Assembly: GCA_002633005.1 (NCBI GenBank)
Contig: NMRA01000335.1
Location: 1-64,000 of the forward strand
DNA from: Phoronis australis
Lineage: Eukaryota; Animalia; Phoronida
DNA length: 64,000 bases
Direction: 5' to 3'
Shown: one piece after another, positions 38,901 through 51,404 of the stretch
How positions within the stretch are numbered: the first letter of the stretch is position 1
Layout: the number at the start of each line of letters is the position of its first letter
The notes under the pieces: generated by a model
Seen by the model: the letters and a program-made list of their open reading frames with translations, nothing else
The model's database searches: none
What the model was told of the DNA's origin: nothing
Made by a program: the position numbers and the translations under genes

Positions 38901-41900
38901 AAGGTCCTTAACGTATTCTCATAAAAATTGGCACAGAGGCATCTGTTAATGAGGTGACGCTTCCTGTCCGTTTTGAGATGGATTTGACCTAGTTTGCGCC
39001 ACCTAGTGGCCATTTTTACTGTTTTCGAGTCTGTTTTTTGGCGTCCACTCGTCTATAAACCAAACCGCTTTCAGGATAATTGTGAAAATTGGCATGTATG
39101 CTTTTACTTTGAAGTGGACGGCTGACGATGATTTTCTGACGACTTCCACTACTGTGGCGCCTCCTACTGGCAATTTTATATATTTTTTGCGTTCATGGCT
39201 GTATCTCCTAAACTGTTTGCAGGATCTTTAATGAATTTAGCAAGTGTATTTATATGATGTTGACAACGAACGGCGACGACTTTCGGACGGATCTGACTTC
39301 TGGTGTGCCTCCTAGTGGCAATTTTAGTTTTTTACGTTTAAGTCTGTATGTTCAAAGGTCCTTAACAGTTTTTCATAAAATTTTAAATATAGGCTTTTAT
39401 TGGTGAGGTGACGCTATCTTCCCTGTTTTTGGATGGAATCAAGGTATTCTGCGCCACCTCGTGGACATTTTTTGCTGTTTTCGACTCTTGTTTTTGGCAT
39501 CCACCCCTCTATCAACAAAATCATTCTATGGAGAGTTTTAAAAATTGGTGTATATGTTCTTAGTGTTTGATGATGGCAACTACTGTGGCGCCTCCTAGTG
39601 GTAGTTTTGTTTTGTTTTGCGCCCATAGCTGGAGCTCCTAAACCCACTGCATGATCTTTAATAAATTTAGTAAGTGCATTTATAACAAAGATAACAACAG
39701 ATGATGACGAGTTTCAGGCGGATCCAACGGACGCTGTGCCCACTTAAGTGGCAATTTCATTTTATTCTGTTTTCCTTTGCTTCTCCGAAGTTCCTTGACA
39801 CATTTTTATGAAATAGGGCATGTTCCCGTTTTTGGATGGATTGTTCGTTTTTGCACCATCTAGTGGCCATTTTTATGATACAAATAAATGACCCTAAAAG
39901 CACACCGTTTGCAATGCATTCGTGGGCGCATTTCAACGCCCTTCGTTGCTCTTGTTTAGTTCGCTGAAAGTCGAACTCAAAATTCAATTGTACATTTTCC
40001 GCTCTGCTTTTGTGAAACCTTTAGACAACTGTCTAGTATTCCCTGTTTTAAAACATTATTGCTTCTGCTGGTGAGTTCTTATTTTGTACTTGACGACCAC
40101 AGCACTAAAGCCATGAGTTTGAAGACAAAAATCTCGACGAGTTTTTGCTCAGAGGCTCGAGTTCTTGCTCGAGTTTGGACCTCGAATTCAGGGGCCTTCA
40201 AGGGAGACCTTGGAATAAAAACTCAGCGTAAATCGTTATGTAATCGAGCGCAAAATGATAGATAGCTTACCTGGAGTCTGTGCAAAAGTAGAACATATAA
40301 GTTCAAGTTCAATTTCAAGTGCAAAGATTAGATCCTAGCACCTGATGCCGGTGTACTGTGACAGAGCCTCACAATGCAAAGTCTACGTTCATACCCAGAT
40401 GTTTGTGCGCACACTGTTTGTTAATCTTCACTGAAAAAGACAAAGATAAAGCAGCTTCGTCAAACCAGTCTGGTGTACATGCATAGAACATGCTCTGCAT
40501 TTGAAACATGTGCGAATATCCTAACAATGAAAACACACGGCTTATCCTAGTGTGTCAGAGGTATTGCATCCGACTGGACTTGCAGACATTTTTTATGCCC
40601 ACTGCTCAAACCCACATATCCTCCTGGTTCTCGTGGATATCACTTGTATTGCAGCCACGTATGTCTCCTTATCGGTGGGGCGGCCCTAAACTAAAGCATT
40701 TTCGCCAATCCAGTTACTAATGATTTTGCCTTGCATGACATTTTCGTACACGCATGCTCATTTGACCAGGATAACCTCGCCACTCTCCAGTTAGCATTTT
40801 TACTCAAACGTTTGATATACAGCTGCGAGAACAATTTATGCCTTGCAGCCACAACAAACGAATCATTTGAAATACGGATTGGAAATCATTCAGGAGAAGT
40901 TGGTTGTGTCTATGAAACATCGGGATATAGTAATGATACACTCAGCACTGAAGACAAAAACTTCACCGTTATTTTCGACAAGGCTGGAAGTTACACGCTG
41001 CAGACGAGAGCACAAAACATGGTTAGCGAAGAAACTGTGAAGGTAAGACATTCATTCGAGAAGGGTAGTTCTTGAATGTGATTTCCTGCGTGAAAATGAC
41101 AAAATAGACTTGACAGGAGCACTACTGATGAAAAAAAGAAAATGTCCCGGTTCTACACCGCCAAAATATTGTCAAGCAAGGAGCAAAATGATTGCTTTGT
41201 GGAATTTTAGAACGCGAATCAAAACTAAAAATGGCAATTGCAAGTTCTCGAATGTTGGGAATATAGGAACAGCGACAGGCGTCTGTTTTGTCAAAAACAT
41301 TAGATGAACAGTTAGTACTTGAACGCGAGTAACAATACAATCCTGTCAGAACGAAATTAAGTCTTAAATGATGATAAATCCGTACAAATTTATTTCTCTC
41401 GCCTATACCCGTTTCAAACCCAGCTCCAAACTTTTATATTACGGTGCGCATCTTTCTGTCCCCCATTTTTTCAGGTAACCATCGAGGTGGAAGATCCGGT
41501 GCGTAACATCACTATCATGCCAGGGGCTCCAATAATCGCCGTAGGTTCATTGAACACGTTTGCCCTTTCTATAGATCAAGGTAAGATGTTGGATGGCCAT
41601 TTGCAAGTCTTAATAAAGCGTACAGACATCAGCTGATATTTCGTTTGTTTAAAGACTGTCGCGCAACACGCTTACATCTAACCAATAAGATGAAATAATA
41701 TGCAAGGTAACCTTTAAGGAATATAATTGTAAGAATTAACCTTCCGCAGATTATACTGTAAGTTTTGTTCTTCACTCAAAAACAGTGATTTTTTAGAAGG
41801 TTGGAACTTCTCTGTAATACATGTAAGTAAATTGTGGCTCAAAGACAGAAGGTTTAACTTGTTTAAACTAACGTCGCCCTTGCAAGCGGATTTTTCCATA

Positions 41901-44900
41901 GATTTAGTTTCTATGTGTTTTGGCCCAAGCATTCATTCAAAACAATATTCGTCAGACGCGTAATCCAGCCTCCGTCTCAAAGCACAATCGTTTGTACCAC
42001 GGCAGCACTTAGCTCTGTTCTATAAAACCAATGCAAGTGCATTTTTACTAGTATAGCTCTCTAGTGATCAAAATTACTAGGCAACTCTCCCTTACCAATT
42101 TTGTCCAAAATTCCACCTGCCACGACAAGACTTTTTGTTACAAGAATATTAAGAGCTGAAGAGCCATAAAGAGTTTCGTAAAAAACAATATAGCTAGCAA
42201 GTTCTTCTAACTACGGACCGCTTGTACTCAATTGCAGGTTATCTATCTATTCCAACTGGTTACCTGCTGAACCCATCGTAACAAAATATTGTTAAGACGA
42301 GGTTGACAGGCGCACTAGCATTTTGTTGTGTTAACGATTCAACATGACTTGGAAATAGAGGGCAACTTTCAATTTACATCCGCTTTGTCACGAATGTATT
42401 TGAGGGGCCTACGCTCGTACTGATAATGTTGCTCATCAGCATAACGAATATCATGAGCACGTGACAGGTTAGCATTGGATGCACGTATGTGCCTTCACCT
42501 ACAGGTGCCACTGTGCGTCTTGTATAGTACAAACCAAGGACCTCTTTTGCTGCATCTGTGTCTCCAAGGCACAAGTGGATTCTCAACTGGAAAGCATTCC
42601 TATTTGTGCTCTCGACCTGTCCGGTATAAAAGTACTCAGAGTTCACTGCCCGGCCTGTATTTGAACGAAGCGCCCAATCATGGCAGTGTGTAACGTTGTA
42701 CGTTGCCTTTGAAATACATTCGGGTTGATCTGAGCTGGGCTCAATGTACACTCTTTCACAGTGCTATGAAAGGTAGTACTGCGAAATGTTGTTTATCATG
42801 GCTTCTCATTGGTTAAAGTAATGAAACATTCAGTCATTGAAATTGGTTGAAATCTAGGAACACACCTTTAAGGTTACTGTTACGTTGTATGGCGACCACT
42901 TTTGAATTGAATAGCTGCAATTTATTAAAACGGGCAGTAATTGAAGTAAACAAAATCAAGGACACCCCGATATCGTAGCTATAAAGTCCAGTAGCTATAA
43001 AGTACAGGGCATAGAAGGCGTGTGGAAATGGCCATGTGATAGATAAACTTCCGACCAAGCATGCGCATGGATGCCCACACACGGAATTCCGTGTGTCGTT
43101 CATCATGTTTCCAAAGGCCACTTTCCAGAGGAGCTGTGTCAGAGGGTAGGCACAATGTTTCTTTTCTGCTACACTAGGGCCTCGCTAGGAAAGCAAGACT
43201 TTGCTAGGGTTACAGAAGAGATTGCCGAGTATTTTAAACCCAGACACGTGCCTAGATTTTTCTTTCCGCGAGAAAGCTTTTGAACTCTAGGCCTACTCAA
43301 GTTTTCGACAACGGTCGATACTAGACAGTGCGGGGGCGCCACCAGTTTCTAGCTGTGCATCCACAACGAGATCTCTGTATTTCTTGCACTGAATTAGCAA
43401 TTGGGTCAATTCTGAAACTTCATCAACATGTCCTACTTCCGGTATGCAATCTATGGTGATTTGTATGTAACATCTCCAACCCGCCTTTGATACATGGGTG
43501 TCTGCATGTTTTAGGCCTATATACATGTAGAGACAAAACACTAAAAGAAAATCAGTGACAACCAGATGTTCTGAGGCACCCAACTTCAGTAACCGAAGTC
43601 AAGAGTTTAATGATGTTCCGCAATTCGGCGTTACGCTTGCTATATTTAGGCCAAACCTTCGCCTTGTTCTAGATATCAGAAAGGTTAATGAGACGCAATG
43701 TAGATATGAGAGTGTCACCGAAGGCCATAGCTTTCGTACAAGAACAAGTCCGTGCAGCTTCGGCCCGTCTCAATTAAGCATTCCCAAGATATTTCATACA
43801 TCTGCCCAAAACTAAAAAACGAAATATTTGCCTCCAGTAAGACGTACTAAACTTCTAAATTTCGATCTATTAGAAATCATTCTTAGCAACTTGTCCAACT
43901 CATGAACACTATGTGCTGTTGAGAATATCCCCTTTTATCAGCGCAAACTGATTTGTTATTGCGAGATCGTGCATGGATACAGGTGTAGGCCTACCCTGTG
44001 GGGGATGTAAGTTGGTAGGCGCCGAAACGGTCTCGGGTATATTTTGCTCTTCGCTTTATAGTGCAGTGACAGTTATTGTCGCCTACAGGTACTGAATTCA
44101 GTTGAAACAGTTTTTCGAAGAGCCCCTTGACAGTCAATGTAAGCCATTGTGACACGTGAATTAACCTTTTCCTCGTCTTTAAATCGCTCGGTATGTAGAG
44201 TGTGTTTATCTGCTGCTGCGCTTGAATTCGTGCAAAGTCGACGAACCTGGTTTCAGACTCACGCCAAAATCTTTGTTGTTTCTCTTGCTATTCCTGTTGC
44301 TGCTGATGATGATGTCGGTGCACCTGTTGTTGTTGTAGTTGTTGTTGCTGTTGGTGTTGTAGTAGTCTGTGACTTAAGACCGAACACATAATCAAGACCA
44401 GCAAATGTTCGAATTCCAGGAACGCAAGTGAACTTTACACTTCGCACTGGTGACGGAAAGGTTATCCACGTCCCGCACAACGAGTCACGTCACGTGGGCT
44501 CTGACTATATCGTCGAAAGGAACACAGGTAATATATGCAACAGTCAACGATGCAGAAACTGTCTTTAAACGATAGCTATTGCGGTATTGGATTAACGTGG
44601 AGATGGTCGCATGGCATTACTACCATACTTAAACCCCCTGTAGATGACACCTACTCAAGGTTTGGATTCAGAAGTGGTCACTTGGCAAAACTGTGACTTT
44701 CCCTCTGTAGCTAACCATTAAAATGCCACCTTTCCCTACAAAACTCACAGGTATAACAAAGATACTTTTCAATATACCCGGCATGTGAAACAAGACTTCA
44801 AAACTGACCTTGGAAAGTGGTACCAGTGCCGGGGCTTCCCCTACATGCATGACGATATATTCGGCTTATTGGCTTTGCTAAAACCCTCATGGGCGTGAAT

Positions 44901-47900
44901 TCACTCGTCTTTCTGTTTCTTCATTGATTTCCCAGATAAAGTCCACCGAATAAGTGGAAAACAAAAAGTCAAACTTTCGGAATGTGAAGGCTATTATGCA
45001 CCGTTCAACTCATTTTGGGGGAAAGCTGGCGACACGCGACAGGCTTTCGAACAATTTTTTAATCTCTGCAAATTCGTATGCAGAACGTTAATTTGGATTA
45101 CCGGAGCTTTGCTCACAAATGGAAACAATGAACATTGTCATATCCAAAATAATAGGCCTCATTCGCTGGCTTTTGGTGTGACATCATCAATAACAACGGA
45201 ATATGTGATTGGCCAGTAACACTAAATAACGGTTACACGATTCCAGTTGGACTATATACATGTAGGGTAGTCCTAATATCACTGTTTTGATTGCACTCTA
45301 GTCCCTGTGACACCTTATATCAACAAGAGTGTTTTAAACATGTGAGGAAATTTCAAAAGGGTCAATACGTTTGTTGCACTAAGCATAAACAATGGGCGAA
45401 AAAATTAAGATATCCTGCGTTTTTGAATAATTTCAAATAGTCTCAACCTGCAAACGTAGAGGTGGTGCCTGCCAAATTTAGACAATGAATGAAATATTTA
45501 AATATATTCTCAAGTAGGTAAGCCACGATACCGGCTTCGAATTGGGTGCCAAGTCTGATCTGTAGTTTATGCTTGATAAATACGACATAGAAACCAGTGT
45601 CGAACTGAGCTCCGCAAGGCCAGAGTTCTTGGCCTGTGTGTCTTACGGGCTCACGTAGCTATCACCAATGCATCACAAGGATAGAACATGATCGCTATTA
45701 TAATAGCTTTCAATCGCGAGTATCATGCACTACTTTAATTCAGAACTTGAGTCTACTATTAGAATAATTATTGGAATGCATGTATACCCATACAGATGTT
45801 GGAAACGATGATCCACTGTTTCTTGGTTAGATCGAAATGATGTTATTGCAATAGAGAAGAAAATTGTTTGCGCCACAACCCTAGCAACTCCTCTAGATTT
45901 TAGGCAAAATATTATAGCAGTGACTTATCCACTTACGCTAACAAATTTGATCAAAACAAGACAAATCTGAAGCTCATTTCAATTAGTGTACCATACAAAG
46001 AAGCATATAACTACGTTTTCCTAAAACAGAGTTTAAGTTGTGATTTTCCAACTACAGCTTTTGGCGAGAATGTGACGCCATCTACTAGACTATCCCTGTA
46101 AGGTGGCGCCACTGTGAAACTTTTAGTTCTTATCGTGGCTTCAACTATTTTTTCAAGATCGTAATTTTGACTAATTTGCAATTTTGCAGAATTCTTGGCG
46201 ACGATACAATGTAAATTTGAAAACCCTGGAGAGGTCTTTGTGGAGAGTATAGCGAACAATCGCGTCAGCAACCAGTCGACAAACCTTACACTACGTGCCC
46301 AGGAACCTTTGAGTAAACTGAAGATCACAGGTCCTTTCGTTGTACCATTCCATGCTCCCAGAACACAAATTTATTTCACGATTGCAACGGGAACGGAAAT
46401 AGAGTACAAGGCAACATTCGGCACCATATCGGCGTATAATATGACCTTTGACCGCGCTAGTAGACAAGGTTGTCTATACTTTTTTAAAATAAGCGGCAAT
46501 GACGTCGATGGGGATTTTAACATGTCAATGACACTTTCCAATTTAGTACCGCCTTTTCAGGTATCTGCTTCAAGCTCAATATACGTAGAATATAATCTTA
46601 CAGACATTTCTCTTTCCATCGATAAACCAGTTTTAAAGGTGAACGATACTACCGCAGTATTCATTCACTTTGGCAACGCAAGTCGTGCGAGCTGCATATT
46701 GACCTACGGTGACGGTTCAAACATGTCATTCTACATCAGGAGTAGCTCCCTTGTTCCTTTCTTGAAGTACACTAAAGCATATTTCAAAGAAGGACTCTTT
46801 CAGATCCGTTTATATTGTTACAACAACGTGAGCGAGGTCACGGTCACAGAAAATGTAATTATCCAATACCCTATAGCGGACTTGACTTTTGAGGTAAAGT
46901 CTCCCATACCACTGTTGCAAGGAGTTGCAACTGCCGTGTTAGCAATCACGCCCGGAAGTCAACCTCTGCCGACCAACCCGTTTTATCGCTGCCCTTACAA
47001 TGGCAATAATTCGCTGCAGTTAGATCTTTCAGCAGGCATTCACAGCACCGTTTTCACTTACAATGACGTGGGCGACTTTTCTCTAATTTGTGAAATTTGG
47101 AACATGGTTAGCTCAAAAACTTTTAAACAAGTCGTTGTTGTCGACGTTCCTGTCACTGGACTGGGTGCTACCGCCAACAAGCGGTGTTGTCGTATTGGTA
47201 CCACGTTTGCCGTCACCACAACAGTGGCAACGGGTTCGCGAATAAACCTGACTTACACATGGAATGACCAAACACCGTCTTTGGGTTTAACCTATAATGA
47301 ATCAGAGATAAACACGGCTAGCCATTCCTGTAATCGCACTGGTTCCTTTTGGGTGGAAGTTCTAGCCAAGAATTCCTTCAACAATATTTCGATTAAATTA
47401 TCTCACCCCCTGATCGTCCAGCATCCAGTTCCACCGATCACTGTTGAGGTTGACGAGACGCAGAAGTACATAAGTACTGATAGCAAATGGTCTGCCACAG
47501 CTAAGTTTAATGTATATTATGAGGAGTCCTTTTCGAGGCCCACTGATCCTCAGTGGAAAGTAGACTTTGGTGACGGAAACATTCAGTCTGGGACATCAAT
47601 GCCAGGGCAGGACTCGAAGCTTGACAAACCTGGGTTGAAACACCTTTTTCAAATTTTGTCCCAATACTCGACATCAGGAGATTACAACGTGACAGTAGCT
47701 ATATTTAATTGCTTGAACAACGTCACAGCATATCAACCTATTGTCGTATACGAAGAGTTTACAGACGTTTTCCTTTCATCTGAGAGCATGTCAACTGGCA
47801 AATTTTCTGGAAACGTTTATCCTCTAGAAAGTCCCGTGGCATTTACGCTAAATGCCACGAGAGGTTCCCACCCCACAGTAGTGTGGGACTACGGAGACGG

Positions 47901-50900
47901 AGGCACTGCCAACACGTCAGAGTTACGAACAGAGTACGCATTCTCGTCTGAGGGAAACCATCCGATAACAGCTACTGTAATTAACGTGTTTAATTCTAAA
48001 CGTGTAACGTCAAATGTCGTTCTTCAGAGAAGTATTAAAGACATTGCTATATCGTGTAAAAGTCCGGTGGTAAAGAATGCCAAACTTGATTTCACCGTCA
48101 ACCCAGGTACCATTGGAACCGACGCTTGTTATTTCATCGATTTCAAGGATTCTTTGTCGAATGGCAGCCGGTATTTATTTCTTGGCAACACCACGGAATG
48201 TGACAGAAACCACCGTGAGTTCTCTTTGCCCAACAGACGTTACATGGCAATACCGACCAGCTTAAAGGCTTTACTAGCACAGAACATCACCAAAGGCCAC
48301 GTCAACTTTACGGTGTCTAACGTGTTCCAAACCGTTGGCGAACACTTCGTTAACTTAACTGTGACTAATCAGGTGTCCTCAGTTTCTTACGTTTGGCGAA
48401 CAGGAGTTGTCCGGGGCTTTTGTACTTGGCCTAGCGTCGACATGAGTTTAAATAAATGCTTTCAACCAATGTGCACGCCAGAGGGATACAAAATTCACCA
48501 GCGAGGAAAGCAGCTTGTTATCAAATCTCAAATTACCGTCAACTGCTCTGATATAAGAACAGAAATCACGTGGTCAATTTTTACAATTGCAAATGATGGT
48601 GCTATTATTGGCAGATACCCTTACGATCTATCCAAAGAACGATCTGCGGAGCTTGTGTTTTTGCCGCGTTCTTTGAATATTGGGCTATACAAAATAATCC
48701 TGGTCGTGTCTATGGTGGAACTTTTAGACATCCGTACAACGGAAAGTGTAACAATCAAAATTGTTCCTACACCTCTTGAATGCAAACTGGACGGCGGCAG
48801 AAAACAAAGATTAAAATGGGGAACGGTTGCTTTGCTGGATGCACGCTCTTCGCTTGACCCTGACATTGATCGTGGGAATGATTCCGCAGACTTCAATTTC
48901 TTCTGGATGTGTCGGCGATCTTGTGAAACATTCCCTGTGTACAACGCTAATTTTACCGGAATTCTGGAACCAGGAACATCTAATTGCACTGACCGTCATC
49001 ATTTGTCGGATGGAGGTGGTTGCTATAGATACGATATGATCGATAACGCAGGTATCTGAAACATAAGTAGTTATTAACAATGATTAATTATTTTGTATCT
49101 TCATTTTTACCGTCAATTAATTCGGTATGTAGATTCACAGTTCCTGTTACAAGACACTATGTGGGGTATTTCTCGCTCCGTTTTCTTCCGCGCTACCTCT
49201 TCTATCACACCGCACTGATTATGGGCGGAAGCTTGACTACCATAAGTGTGAAGCGTAAACCAACAAAATAGTCATATCCTTTCCTCATTCTGAATTGTTT
49301 TTAATGCTTTTCAAGTAACTAGCTTGGATCACGTGTACTTTCTTCAGGGCTTCAGCAGGAGCTATCCCCCGGTTTGATGCGAGTCCGCTTGAGTGACACC
49401 TATGAACATTCAACTATTGAATGGCATTTAACCATCAAGTCTGGTAACAAAATGTGCACGCTAGATCACACGATCGATATAACTAGCAAGGAGCCTCCTA
49501 ACATTATCATAGAGTGAGTTATAATATTGTGCGCTTTGTCAGGTGTTTCACTGGTCATGTATATTCTCGGCATTTTCCTAATTCTGTTGCGTGCACTCTT
49601 CTCCAAAACGCTGCCTGAATTAAAAAATGCCCATTTTTGCCAAACCGCTATAAACAACAAATAAGACCTTGGCGGTCTAAACGAAAAAAGATGCGTACAA
49701 CGAACTAACATTTCTGAAAACCGTGACAACGTTTTTGAGGTTCCATCTTGAATATTAGATCAAATTGAGTTTGAAGGCCATGTTATTGATATCGCTGTTT
49801 TGCTGTGAATGTACATGTACCATATCCTTATATATTTTAATGAAAAGACCAGGTCACCTCCCCAAAAATGACATATTGGTATGAAATAAACAAAGTCAAA
49901 GTCTATAAGCTTCCTACTTTCAAAACATATACTTTTGCGCATTGAATTTAATTTGTCGATACTTGACTAAGAGAACAGATATGTATCAAGACTTCAATTT
50001 GCACGTGAACTGACGTCATTTTCTGTCATCATCTGGTCTCGCTTTAACCAGTTTACAGTTGCTTCATGTAGTCGAATTTTCTACCGATATCCGTCTTGCT
50101 TATAATTAATCACAACTTTTTATTTCGCACTTGATGGGCCCAGTACTAAAACTTTAAGTTCGAGTCTGGATTCGAAAACCCTAGTTTTTATTCGAAATCT
50201 CGAATTTTCACTAGAGATTTCAACTCGAGTCTAGGGGTCATCAGGTGCGAACTTGGACTTGACATTCATCAGCGTAGATCATAATATGCCCTAGAGAAGA
50301 ATATCAAACGCTTATCTTGAGAAGGGGAAATGTCAACAATAATTTCAATTTCGAGTTTGAGTTCAAATATGAGAAACTCCAATTTATGAGTCGTCTATGT
50401 TAAATCATCCCAGTAATCTGAAATGAAGCAGGTCTCGGTTGTTTTTGTAAAACGACGCGTTGTTCGCAAGTTCACCAAAACTATGCTTTTAAACTAAGTA
50501 ACCAATCTGATCACGTAATAATTGTAAAATTCTATGTAATTCCTGTAAGTAGAAAGTACTGGTACTTGTGTTGCCCTTATTTTGCAGATGCGTAAAAAAC
50601 TGCGGAGAAAAAGTCGACAAAGGTAACTCCTTCTCGTTGACGTCGTTCATAAGTAACTATCCGACCAAAATAAGCTTCAGATACAGGTGAGTTTTTAAAA
50701 TAATTTGTGTCATTCAATTTTTTTGACACAAAGAAGACGAATTAGTTATCGGTTGGTGAATGGTGATGCTGTTTGCGATAATGATTGGTGACGTTGTGGA
50801 TGAACGTAATTGATGGAAGTCCATGGTAGTGGTGATTGTGATGATGATGATGATGATGGTGATGATGATGGTGATGATGATGATGATGATGATGAGGAAG

Positions 50901-51371
50901 GTGATGAGGATGGTGATGAGGATGATGATGATGATGATGACGATGATGAGGATGATGAGGATGATGATGATTATGATGGTGATGATAATGATGATGATGA
51001 CGATGGTGATGATGATGATGACGATGATGATGATGATGATGATGGTGATGATGATGGTGGTGACGATGGTGATGATGATGATGATGTCGATGGTGATGAA
51101 GATGATGGTGATGAAGATGATGGTGATACCGATGGTGATGATGGTGATGATGACGATGACAATGGTGATGATGATGATGATGAGCATGATGATGATGATG
51201 ATAATGATGACGATGATTATGGCGATGGCGATGATGATTATGATGGTGATGATGAGGATGATGGTGATGATGATGATGANATGATGAGGATGATGAGGAT
51301 GAGGATGATGAGGATGGTGTTGATGATGATGATGACGATGACGATGATGATGAGGATGACGAGGATGATGC

Positions 51372-51404
<33 letters not shown>

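Noticed and set aside
42374-43600. ORFs of 60-125 aa in the intron after exon F
   Set aside because: No domain motifs and not needed for the exon chain. Probably old repeat debris.
44259-44480. Thr-rich mucin-like minus-strand ORF
   Set aside because: Arises from a degenerate (GTT)n tract plus the antisense of exon G.
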